Shown: positions 24,086 to 35,931 of the stretch, piece by piece
Layout: the number at the start of each line of letters is the position of its first letter
Numbering within the stretch: the first letter of the stretch is position 1
Assembly (NCBI RefSeq): GCF_000143415.4
Contig: NW_003314363.1
Location: 62,001-126,000, forward strand
Direction: 5' to 3'
DNA length: 64,000 nt
DNA from: Selaginella moellendorffii
Taxonomy: Eukaryota; Plantae; Lycopodiophyta
Notes under the pieces: generated by a model
What the model was told of the DNA's origin: nothing
The model's database searches: none
The model's input: only the letters and a program-made list of their open reading frames with translations
Translations under genes and position numbers: made by a program

Positions 24086-25863
24086 TGTAAGCGACCAAAT
24101 TTTCCATTCTACTTTAGTCACTTAACCACACCTCTGACCACTTGGAGGAGTCTCATTCACAACCTCCATAAGTCCAATCCAGGACTTGGGACTTGCTAGC
24201 CCCGAGAATGGCATCCATGCCACTTAACATTTGCACTTGTTCCAAGTGCTCCACGTGTCCGATCCCATGACCGACACTCAAAGGTACCACCGACATAGCA
24301 GCCCGTTACGCTAAGGCCATGCCCAATCACCTTTGCCACACTGGTAGTCCAATACCACTTGCATCACCATCTTGGCTCTCCAAGACTAGGCAAACCATCC
24401 GTGAGTGGTCATCTCAGATCCACTCCTTAGCATCCTTAGGATGCCCACCGACAAGGGGAATAGCCTTCCCCAATATCCCTCTGTCAGTTCCCACTAAGTC
24501 CCTTTCTGCCCCTGGCCGTGTTTGCCAACACTGCCACTGGATCGAGACCCACAGGCCCGACCACTAAGTCCCCCGGTCCTCTGGGACTTCCTCACCACAC
24601 GACTGTGTCCTTGGTCACTACCCCAGAGGACTGCTCCTCTTCCTTTCCACAGTCTGGGCCTTTGGGACAACATTTCGGAACACCGTGGCCTTACGCGAGC
24701 CACCTGGGTACTCTCCTCGCCTTCTGCCTTTGGGTGCTCTAGCCATGGGCTTAGAGCGGGTTCCATTGAGCCACACCAGGTATCCAAGTAGGTAGTGCCA
24801 CCCACACTTGGACTGGGAGCATCGGCCAGTCGATCTCCCGGGGGAACTAGAGCCGGCTCTTGAACACTTCACCAAGCTACCCCGCTTGTCGGTCTGTGTT
24901 CACTCTAGTCTTGGACTTCCCAGTGGGCAGCTCATCACCCAACACTGGGTCCGGCCTTCCTGGGCCAAACTGGCCTTTCTTGGCCAAACTGGCTCCACTG
25001 CAGTCCTCCCCCCCTACTATACTTTTGGAGCTCACCAAACCCCCCAGGGTCTGGGAGACGAACGCTTTGGGCTTTCACCCTCTCAGGCTTCGGACTCGGA
25101 CTCGGACTCGGACTCGGACTCGGACTCGGACTCGGACTCGGACTCGGACTCGGACTCGGACTCGGACTTGGACTCGGACTCGGACTCGGACTCGGACTCG
25201 GACTCAGACTCGGATTCGGACTCGGACTCGGGCTCGGCCTCGGTCTCGGCCTCGGCCTCAGTCTCGGTCTCGGTCCCGATCTCGGTCTCGGTCTCGGTCT
25301 CGGTCCCGGTCTCGGTCTCAACTTCGGACTCCATCTCGGACTCCATCTCGGACTCCATCTTGGACTCCATCTCAGGTCCATCTCGGGTCCATCTCGGACT
25401 CCATCTCGGACTCCATCTCGGGTCCATCTCGGACTCCATCTCGGACTCCATCTCGGGTCCATCTCGGACTCCACTTCGGACTCCAACTCGGGTCCATCTC
25501 GGGTCCACCTCGGACTCCACTTCGGACTCCATCTCGGACTCCATCTTGGGTCCATCTCGGACTCCACTTCGGACTCCAACTCGGGTCCATCTCGGACTCC
25601 ACTTCGGACTCCAACTCGAGTCCATCTCGGACACTCCCACGTGTCATGTGTTGGTCCTTTTGGGTCCCTTTTTGGAGCCTCGCCTTTTGCTCGCTTCGTG
25701 CTCGTTCCTCGAGCACTTCGTTGGGAGTTCCACTCCCGCTCTTGACTTTTCAAGTCGGAGCTTTTGGTCCAAACGTGTTACGCTCGTTTGGTTTTCGCTT
25801 CAGCCACTACCACGTGGCGCCCTTCCAGCTCCACTTTGGGGCCTAGGGATTTTGTGTCTCACA
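24086..25863 (-). mobile_element. Solo LTR, family B, TSD AATGT
   Basis: Full LTR-B in reverse orientation; AATGT at 24081-24085 and 25864-25868. Confidence 0.93.
25089..25230. repeat. (GGACTC)n hexamer array inside an LTR; similar arrays occur in the other A and B LTR copies
   Basis: More than 20 near-perfect units here; shorter arrays at ~19315-19393, 28255-28340 and 35780-35845, followed by 12-mer GGACTCCATCTC-type repeats. Confidence 0.95.
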
Positions 25864-26050
25864 AATGTATAGTGGGATCGAGTTAGAGAAGGTGTTTCTA
25901 ACAGGTTTAGTGAGAACTAAACCAATAAAAGGAGAGAACCACCACAAGTGGTCGAATGACCCTCTAAGTCGGGGAGGCTATGCTCTTTAGGCTCACCAAA
26001 GGCATGGTGAGCCTTTGGTGTCAAACCATAGACAAATATTGGCTGGGTGC

Positions 26051-27203
26051 TGTAAAGAACCAACTCGCCGAGGTGTCGTAGGATAAAGGAACCCCGAAAG
26101 CATGACCAAAATGACAAAGAGTTCATCGGATGAGACCAAGTCGAAGATCGAGTCCAAGACCGACTCTAGGACCGAGTTCGAGATCGAGTCTGGAATCGAG
26201 TCCAAGACCGACTCGGGGACCGAGTTTGAGTCCGAGTTCGAGACCGAGTTCGAGACGGAGTCCGAGATCCGAAATTGGGTCCGAGACCGAGTCCGAGGTC
26301 GAGTCCGAGGTCGGGTCCGAGATCGGGTCCGAGATCGGGTCCGAGATCGAGTCCGAAACCGAATCCGAAGTCGGATCCGAAATCGGGTCCGAGTTCGAGC
26401 CAGAGACTAAGTCCAAATACTAATACGGGTCAAGGGGTGAAAGCCCAAAGCGTGCGTCTCCCAGGGGAGGGGGGGGGGGCTGCAGGGGGTTCCAAAAGTA
26501 TAGTAGGGATAGTGAGGTCCAGGAACCAGTTTTGAAGGGACTCTCCAGTTGGGCTTCCAAACCGACTTGAGGTTGAGACTGGGACCGAGGGGCCTTGGGT
26601 GGGAGTGAGCATGGACTTGGCTGGTGCCGGAGGGGCCATCCAAGGAAGTGCTCAAGAGCAGCTCCCACTCCCGAAAGGGAAACCGATTGCGGTGCTCTCG
26701 GCTCATGTGGAGTGGTGCCCCACTTGAGTACCATACGGCTCATTGGTCCTCGCCCTTCCTAGGGGCTTGGGCCTTCCTTCGGGATGGAAGTGGGGGGGTA
26801 GAGGTACCCATACCGGGCCGCTAGGCCACGGTGTTTCGCCCCGGCGTCCCGAAGCAAGTGTTGCACTCAAGACTTGGGATTTAGAGGGTCCCATGATCAA
26901 GTCTTGTGGTACCAAGGGATGTTAGGAACCTGGAAGCTTGGTGTGCTTGGCTGCTTGTGCTTGCGGGGAGTGTAGCCGAACCTTAAGTCCAGTCTAACCC
27001 GGGGAGGGGGATTGGGAGTGATTTAGGAATCCGTGGATGGATGGCTAACACTCCGTTGCTCGTGCAGTGAGTAGCTGAAACCAAGTAGGAGCTGGTACCA
27101 TAGGCGAGAACCTTGGCAAGGGAACTTAGCAAAAGCCAAGGCAGTGTTGAACGGATAGTCGAGGTAAGCTGGCAAATTGGAAAGGAAAAAATTGTGGCTT
27201 ACA
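26051..27203 (+). mobile_element. Solo LTR, family A, TSD GGTGC
   Basis: Reverse complement of 16685-17833; GGTGC at 26046-26050 and 27204-27208. Confidence 0.95.
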
Positions 27204-29338
27204 GGTGCCAAGGATGGAAATGGTAACATGTGCGGGTGTTACTTTATGAAAGGGTTTACTATTCGATGAGGACATCGAACTTCGTCTATGGGTGGTGGAG
27301 TTGTGAGACACAAAATCCCTAGGCCCCAAAGTGGAGCCGAAAGGGTGCCACATGGTAGTGGTTGAAGCGAAAGCCAAACGAGCGTAACACGTTTGGACTA
27401 AAAGCTCTTACTTGAAAAGGTCGACAGTGGGAGTGGGACTCAAAACGAGTGGGAGTGGGACTCCATGCTATCCTCCGGGACAGAGGGAAGCTCAAGAGGC
27501 TCGAGGAGTGGCAAAAAGCATGGCTGCCATGTTTTGGTAGAGGAGATTCGTTGGAGATGGCGCCCCCCGGAGTCGATCTTGCGGTCAGCACGAAGGGGGG
27601 ATATGGATCTGGACGTGATACGACGGAGACGACCGCAGCCGCTTCTACTACAGGCCTAGTCTCACTTTAGATGAGGGAGATCACCACTAGGTAGCATGAG
27701 CTTTGGGCAGCATGCCCAGTTTTTGTATTAGTCCCTACGGGACATTGGGGAATGTACATACACGTTTCATCAAAACGAAGTGCTCGAGGAATGAGCACAA
27801 AGCGAGCAATAAGCGAGGCTCCAAAAAGGGACCCGAGTTGGAGTCCAAAGTGGAGTCCGAGAAGGACCCCGAGATGGAGTCCGAGGTGGAGTCCAAGATG
27901 GACCTGAGATGGAGTCCGAGGTGGACCCAAGATGGATTCGAGATTGAGTCCGAGACGGACCCGAGATGGATCCGAGATGGAGTCCGAGCTGGAGTTCGAG
28001 ATGGACCTGAGATGGAGTCCGAGATGGACTCGAGATGGACCCGAGATGGAGTCCGAGATGGACCCGAGGTGGAGTCTGAGATGGACCCGAAATGGAGTTC
28101 GAGATGGAGTCCGAGATGGACCCGAGATGGAGTCCGAGATGGAGTCCGAAGTCGAGACCGAGACCGGGACTGAGACCGGGACCGAGACCGAGACCGAGAT
28201 CGGGACCGAGACCGAGATCGAGACCAAGGCCGAGGCCGAGACCGAGCCTGAGCTCGAGTCCGAGTCCGAGTCCGAGTCCGAGTCCGAGTCCGAGTCCGAG
28301 TCCGAGTCCGAGTCCGAGTCCGAGTCTGAGTCCAAGTCTGAGAGGGTGAAAGCCCAAAGCTTTTGTCTCCCAAACCCTAGGGGGTTTGGTGAGCTCCAAA
28401 AGTATAGTAGGGGGGAGGACTGCAGTGGAGCCAGTTTGGCCAGGAAAGGCCAGTTTGGCCCAGGAAGGCCGGACCCATTGTTGGGTGATGAGCTGCCCAC
28501 TAGGAAGTCCAAGACTAGAGTGAACACAAACCGACAAGCGGGGTAGCTTGGTGAAGTATTCAAGAGCCGGGTCTAGTTCCCTCGGGAGATCGACTGGCTG
28601 ATGCTCCCAGTCCAAGTGTGGGTGGCACTACCTACTTGGATACCAGGTGTGGCTCAACGGAACCTCGCTCTAAGCCCATGGCTAGAGCACCCAAAGGCGG
28701 AAGGCAGGGAGAGTACCCACGAGGCTTGCGTAAGGCCACGATGTTCTGAAATGTTGTCCCAAAGGCCCAGACTATGGAAAGGAAGAGGAGTAGTCCTCTG
28801 GTGTGGTGACAAAGGACACGGTCACCCAGTGAGGAAGTCCCAAAGGACAGTTGGACTTAGAGGTCGGGCCTGCTGGCCTTGATCCAGTGGCAGTGTTGGT
28901 GAACACGGCCATCGACAGAGAGGGACTTGGTGGGGACCGGAAAAGAGATATTGGGGAAGGTTATTCCCTAAGTCTGCGAGCATTCTAAGGATGCTAAGGA
29001 GTGGATCTGGGATGATCACTCATGGATGGATGGCCTAGTCTATGAGAGACGGGATTGCAATGTAGGTGGTGTTGGACCACCGGTATAACCAAGGTGAATA
29101 GGTATGTCCTCAGCGGAACGGGCTGATATGTCAGTGGTACCTTGGGGTGTCGATCATGGGATCGGACACGTGGAGAACTTAGACCAAGTGCAAAGGTTGA
29201 GTGGCATGGATGCCATTCTTGGGGCTAGCAAGCCCCAAGTCCTAACTGGGACTTGTGGAGGTTGTGAATGAGACTCCTCCAAGTGGTCGGAGGTGTGGTT
29301 AAGTGACTAAAGTAAAATGGAAAAATTAGTTGCTTACA

Positions 29339-31560
29339 CAAGAGCACCAACTTCCACCCAACGAGTCAAGTAGTCAGAAGCAATAATAACATACTCATTG
29401 CCAGCAGTCGACCGTGGAAAAGGTCGCATAAAATCAAACGCCACCAACTCAAACAGACGGGAAACTGCAATTGACTCCAACTGTCCTTCCACAGCACAAG
29501 GGGGAGTATTACGAGCTTGGCACCAAACGCAGCTACGCACATACCGGATAACATCACGTCGCATCTCCGGCTAATAGAAAGACCTACGCAGCTTCTCAGT
29601 CATACGACAGTGTCCCATATGCCCACCTAGAATAGGAGAATCATGGTAGGCATGGAGAAACCGCGGAATAAAGATAGAAGGTACCACCAGCTGTAAAGGA
29701 TCATCAGGATCCGTCCCCACAAAATAAAGGAGGCCATCTTCAAGACGATATTGAGAATGTAAATGCCGAAAATGCAAGTCATCAGCAAGTGATGTAGGAT
29801 TCTCAAATGCATCTCGAAGCCTTCGAATCCACGGCTCAATCTTTTGAGCCTCACGAACCTCATGAAGAGAAGGTAGATCTTGCGGACACTGAACGTCAAG
29901 TACAGCAACCGCTGATGGCACAGAATCCTCGTCTAGAAAATCCACAGATGCTGGAACAACAGGCTCATAAAAAACATGAGAAGGGATCAGAAGATAGGTC
30001 AAATTCAAAGAGATCAGAATACTCCTTCATGAGCCGATCAACAGCTGCAACACAAAGATCTTCGGAGGGATCGGAAAAGGGAAGAGCAGAACAAGATGGA
30101 AACATAGGAGGAAATAGTGGGGAAACAAAAGTAATAGAAGCAAAGGTAGAAGTAGAGGGACGAAGAGGTACGGAAGTGAGAGGAATGGATAAAACATAAG
30201 GAAGTATGAGACAAGGGGGAGAAGCCTCAAAGTCATGATTGCGCTGCAACCAATCCATACCAAGAATGAGGTCAAAAGCTTGACTCGGCACCACCCGCAA
30301 CGACTGCAACTCAAGCTCGAGATTGCCCACACATACAACCAGGTCCGCCTCATCTCGTGCACATGCATGTGTACAGCCGTTGCCATAAAGAATGAAAATT
30401 GGATCCGCCGCACAACGTAAATGTAGACAACAATGTGTGGCAACAGGTCGAGCAATAGAAGATAAACTCGAATCTGTATCAACCAACACGGAGAGAAGAA
30501 TAGGAAACCTCTTGTTATAAAACTGAGCTTGGAAAGTAAACATTGGATGAACCAGTGCCGAGTGAACCCCTTGATGATACTCTCGAAAGAAAGATGGAGG
30601 GGTCATTAACTTATTCGCGTAAGGTCCCTTCGTTACTCGTGCGACTCCTCGTTTCCCGAATGCACCTCAGTGTCCAAACCTTCCACCGCAGCAGCACCAA
30701 TAGGACGTTGCTGACGCCAAGGTCTCCATCCAGGAAATGGAGGTCGCCAATCCGGAAAGCGTCGACAACGCCAATAAGTATGACCAACTTCATCACACGC
30801 CCAGCAACGAACATCACGGCCACGACCACGTCCGTGCCCTTGTCCGTGGACTCGAGTAGCAGCAGCATCAACCTCCATTGGAACAGGACTATCACTTATA
30901 GGAAGTGGAGCTGAAGGACGTGCAGTGAGAAATGGAAGAGGCAACGTCTCATAATGTTGTGCCAAGCGAAGAGCATCGTCAAGGGTGGCAGGAGCAAGTG
31001 CATGCACAAGGCCGACAAGATCTTGACAAAGTGCTGGCCACAACATTCCTAGCTTGATCCGCTCCGACATATTAAGCTCCGCACGAAGCAAAAGACTTCG
31101 GAAACGAACGCCAAATTGCATCACCAACTCAGATGGCCCTTGGCGAAGACGATGCAATTGTTAGTAGGCATCGTCACAATTGTCGGCATGTCCGACGGCG
31201 CATTTGAAGACGTCTGGAAGAACACTCCAATCCCCACAAGTGGTCGCACTCAATCCATTGTACCACTACAACGCCGTCCCTTGAAGACACGTGGGAAAGC
31301 AAACATCGAGCATCATCCCAAGAATGATATGTGGCAATCACCATGAAGTGATCGAACCAATGGTACACATCATCCCCAGGATTCCCACGAAAGAACTCCG
31401 GCCGAACGCGAGGATTGGCACCAAGAGCAGGAGGAGTTGGACAACGTGCCGTGAATGCCGCCATCAATTGAGTTTGGTTGTTCAATTGCAAGCGCATAGC
31501 ATCAAGCAATTGAACCAACTGCTGCTCTAGAGTCAAAGGAGGAGATTGCGGATCGGCCAT
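29339..31560 (-). pseudogene. gag, protease and integrase N-terminus of element C (frameshifted)
   Basis: RPEFFRG gag start, LRQGPSE, zinc knuckle, LVDTDSS..FDLILGMDWL, HDSPILGGHMGH..CVWC..FDFMRPF. Confidence 0.88.
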
Positions 31561-32294
31561 GAAGATGAATGAAAAAGAAAAAGCAAAAGAAGAGAAATGA
31601 CAAAAAGCTGGAAAGAAATGGTAAATCTAGACAATGCAAAAAGCTAGATCTAAACCAAAATTCTGAAAGGAAAGAACAAAAGAAAGGAAATGGAAAAAGC
31701 TAGACTTAGACAATGCAAAAGCTAGATCTAAACCGAAATCCCAAATCCAAGCACTCCCCAGGGACAATCAAAGGTGCCCCTCTCCTCCACCAATGTGAGT
31801 GCATGGAATATGGAAAGGGAATACAGAAATGTGCATATCAATTAGCCCAAAAACCCTAGCTTATATACAAGAGCGAGTGGTCCGGATTGAAACCAATCCG
31901 ACGGCTACCAAAATCCCACTAAGCTAATATTAGTATACGGCATCGTAGCTGTACACTTGGCCCTCACATATATATATATATATATATATATTGTCATTAT
32001 TATTAATAAGTTTAAGTTCAAGTTGTGAGTGCTCGGGATATAAGAATAAGTATATTAATTGGGGTTTAGACCTTTTCTTATATACAAGAATGGATGGATC
32101 AAATTCAGTCCCAAAAAGATAGTTCATATGCTATAGTACTATAATTAATGTATTACCTAGCTAAAGTAATATATATTATTACTATATATTATTACTTTAT
32201 AATAATATAGCGTTCGTAATATATTACCATATTATGGAGTGGTAATATGGTTTAGGGTTTAGGTTCTTTGCTTATGAACCTTTATTGATAGTTT

Positions 32295-32492
32295 ATGGTT
32301 ATCAATACCTTTATTGATAGTTTTGTGGGAGTTTCAGATTTTTATGGTAGTTTATAATTGCCTAACAGAAGCCCTAGATGTTCCACCTAATTTATTATCA
32401 TCACCTGGTCCGGATTGAAACCAATCTGACGGCTACCAAAATCCCGCTACGCTAATATTAGTATACGGCATCGTAGCCGTACACTTGGCCCT

Positions 32493-32534
<42 letters not shown>

Positions 32535-32810
32535 AAAATATATTTTTTGTCATTATTATTAATAAGTTCAAGTTGTGAGTGCTCGGGATATAGGAATAAG
32601 AATATATATTCTTATATATATATATATATATGTATATATATACACACACACACATGTATTTATAAACCTTACACCATCCTCCCCTCTGGAAGATGAAAAG
32701 GTGGTGATAATAAGTTAGGTGGAACATCTAGGGCTTCTGTTAAGTGATTATAAACTACCATAAAAATCTGAAACTCCCACAAAACTATCAATAAAGTTAT
32801 TGATAACCAT
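32295..32810. repeat. ~110 bp inverted repeat (32295-32405 / 32700-32810) surrounding a duplicated LTR-C half, a (TA)n tract and the start of LTR-E
   Basis: ttttgtgggagtttcagatttttatggtagtttataa..gttccacctaa versus its reverse complement; 31878-32050 is duplicated at 32406-32600. Confidence 0.85.
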
Positions 32811-34052
32811 GATTGAAATAAAATCCAAAGCCATGGCATAAGTATTAATTAACTATAGAACCTCGATAAACCAATTGCAACTCCATATGCAACTCCTAAA
32901 TGCTTAAACCAACCACACAACCATAAATTTGAATTGGGGAGGTCGGATTCGCTCTATTCGTCCTTTACATTTTCTTTATCCCCTTCTCAAAGGAAATTTT
33001 TTTTAAAGCACTAGCTCCATTTAGACTCATTGCACTTGTCCTCATTCCACCATCTATGTCCGGCCTCACTCCAATATTACATCCATTCAGTTTCACTACA
33101 TCAAAGTTGGATGTTTTTTTCGGATTTGCTATACTCATCCTCACTCCATAATTCATATTGTTTGCCTTCGCTCCACTATCGTATGCGTTCGTCCTCACTC
33201 CATTGTTGGGGCCGGACTCCCGTCTGTCCCCTCTACCCCCTCCTTCGAGGAATTTTTTTTTTTAAGTGTCAGGGCAAAAAGGAGAAAATGAGAAAAATTG
33301 AGGAAAAATAATTGTGGAAGAAGAAAAAGTAAATAAAGAAGCATCGGAAGAGGAATTTGCAGCAACTAACAATACAAAAATGGGGAAATCAAAAGAACAT
33401 TTACTTAAAACTTGGAAAATAGAGGATTTCCTATCATAAAATACTTCAGCAACTACAATATAAGCAAAAGATTCACACTGTTCAACTCCCTCAACACATA
33501 ATTTAACACTTGAGACAGGAAAATTAATAATAACATCCACACTCTCAAGGGAATATATAAACTCTTTAGCAGTAATAGTAAAGCAAGGGCTCTCAGTGGC
33601 ACTCATAAGTGGGGACTGTAAGTGACTAATTTTTTCCATTCTACTTTAGTCACTTAACCACACCTCCAACCACTTGGAGGAGTCTCATTCACAACCTCCA
33701 TAAGTCCCACTCAGGACTTGGGGCTTGCTAGCCCCGATAATGACATCCATGCCACTCAACCTTTGCACTTGGTCCAAGTACTCCACGTGTCCAGTCCCAT
33801 GACCGACACCCCAAAGCACCACCAACATACCAGCCCGTTACACTAGGCCATGCCCAATCACCTTGGTCACATCGGTGGTCTAACACCACTTGCATTGCAA
33901 TCCCGTCTCTCCAAGACTGGGCCATCCGTCCATGAGTGGTCATCCCAGATCCACTCCTTAGCATCCTTAGGATGTCTGCAGACATGGGGAATAGCCTTTC
34001 CCAATATCTCCTTTCTGGTCCCCACCAAGTCCCTTTCTGTCCTTGGCCATGT

Positions 34053-35208
34053 TGTAGTGCACGTGGTTTTGACCCTTTATCCTATGGTGGTTTACCATAG
34101 GATAACACCACGAAGCGGAACCTAAACCCTCTTTGTGCCACGTGACAGATGCCACGTGTCACATGCCACGTGTCTATGCCACGTGTCCATAGGAACCCGA
34201 GGTTTAGGGCCTTGGGCCACTGAACGAAGGAACGGTGCCAAACTCTCAAGCATGGAGCCAAGGAGTGATAGAACCGAACCACGGAGCAACTCCCGAGCAT
34301 AAAGCCCAAGGAGCGAAGGGACAAGGGCCCGGAGCGACTTGGAACAGTCCTAGAGTAACCAGCATCCCAATGCCAGGGCCAGCATGCAAAACGGAGCCAA
34401 ACGAGGTCTGGCGCTATTTCGGCATACCGGTGGCCTAACGTGAGGACATGGGTACTCCACCAGCTAGCATGGAATGGAACTTGGGCTTAGACCCAAGCCG
34501 GACGCAGAACAAGGACAGGCACGCAAGTGGGAGCTAGACTATACCTCAGGTTGGTTAGCCATGCCCAACCTACCCACTATCCTTACTATACATTTGGAAC
34601 CCCCCCCCACAGCCCCCCCCCCCCCCCCCTTGAGGAACACACACTTTGGGCTTTCACCCCAAGCCTCCCTTAGTATCAGGAGTTAGTCTCTGGGACAAGC
34701 TCGAAACTTACTAAATATGGAATGTCCCTAGATTGCGAATTTGGACACGGGACGAACACCATTGTGTTCAGGAAGATCTCTACATTCCGTAGATATGCCA
34801 AATGAGCAAATCTAGACACTTTCCATAAATAGCATTTGGGACCGAAATGAGACTAACACAAAGGGCATGATAGCGAGGGTGTTTGGCAGACACGGTAAGC
34901 TATCATGTAGCGATATTGAGGGACTAATCTCAATACACGAGGGTTCTTGTCACTAGCCAGTGCAAGACATAACGAGACGGGAACTCCTTACCGGGCTAAG
35001 TATGCTTAGCTAATAACACGTAGGAATTCTGTCCTTATGCTCGTGCGGTCTAAGTACACTCGAAATGCCCAGTTAACTCCACTAGCACAAGAGGGACTGA
35101 TAAAGGGTCCAGCAATACCGACCTCCTGCCATCGTGGCAGTAAAGTAAGAGTGTCCGTAAGGACTGGTTGACAGGTAACTTTCAATACCCGAAGTCACAT
35201 TCGCGACA
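34053..35208 (-). mobile_element. Solo LTR of a further family (D), TSD CATGT
   Basis: TGTAG..GACA termini, CATGT at 34048-34052 and 35209-35213; shares the tactatac.tttggaacc..tttgggctttcaccc block with LTRs A and B. Confidence 0.88.
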
Positions 35209-35931
35209 CATGTTCGCCAACACTGCCATTGGATCAAGGCCCACAAGCTCGACCACTAAGTCCTACAGTCCTCTGGGACTTCCTCACCGCATGACTATAT
35301 CCTTGGTCACTACACCAGAGGACTACTCCTCTTCCTTTCCACAGTCTGGGCCTTTGGGACAACATTTCGGAACACCATGGCCTTACGCAAGCCTCGTGGG
35401 TACTCTCCCCGCCTTCCGCCTTTGGGTGCTCTAGCCATGGGCTTAGAGTGAGGTTCCGTTGAGCCACGCCTGGTATCCAAGTAGGTAGTGCCACCCACAC
35501 TTGGACTGGGAGCATCGGCCAGTCGATCTCCCGAGGGAACTAGAGCCGGCTCTTGAACACTTCACCAAGCTACCCTGCTTGTCGGTCTATGTTCACTCTA
35601 GTCCAAGCTTGGACTTCCCAGTGGGCAGCTCATCACCCAACACTGGGTATAGCCTTCTTGGGCCAAACTGGCCTTTCCTGGCCAAATTGGCTCCACTGCA
35701 GTCCTCCCCCTACCATACTTTTGGAGCTCACCAAACCCCCCAGGGTCTGGGAGATGAACGCTTTGGGCTTTCACCTTCTCAGACTCGAACTCGGACTCGG
35801 ACTGGGACTGGGACTTGGACTCAGACTCGGACTCGGACTCAGACTCGGCCTCAGTCTCGGCCTCGGCCTCGGTCTCGGTCTTGGTCCTGATCTCGGTCCC
35901 GGTCTCAGTCTCGGTCTCGGTCTCGGTCCCG

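Larger units (their letters stand above)
18723..29338 (+). mobile_element. Element B: non-autonomous (LARD-like) LTR retrotransposon. LTRs 18723-20391 and 27302-29338; TSD CAAGA
   Basis: TG..CA near-identical ~1.67 kb LTRs, PBS TGGTATCGGAGC at 20395, purine tract before 27302, CAAGA at 18718-18722 and 29339-29343. The interior has no long ORF, only eroded pol traces (e.g. LEACHEARLA near 22440). Confidence 0.92.
17834..31968 (-). mobile_element. Element C: short-LTR (175 bp) Ty3/gypsy derivative with gag-PR-IN and no RT/RNase H; split by element B, 3' LTR interrupted by element A
   Basis: 5' LTR 31794-31968, PBS-like TGGTGGAG, gag with CWACDEVGHTYWRC, protease LVDT, integrase halves 29339-29900 and 17891-18722, PPT gagaggagggaatga, 3' LTR remnant 17834-17858. 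Confidence 0.85.

Noticed and set aside
25089-25640. CRISPR-like or telomere-like repeat array
   Set aside because: There are no unique spacers, the context is eukaryotic, and the unit is not TTTAGGG.
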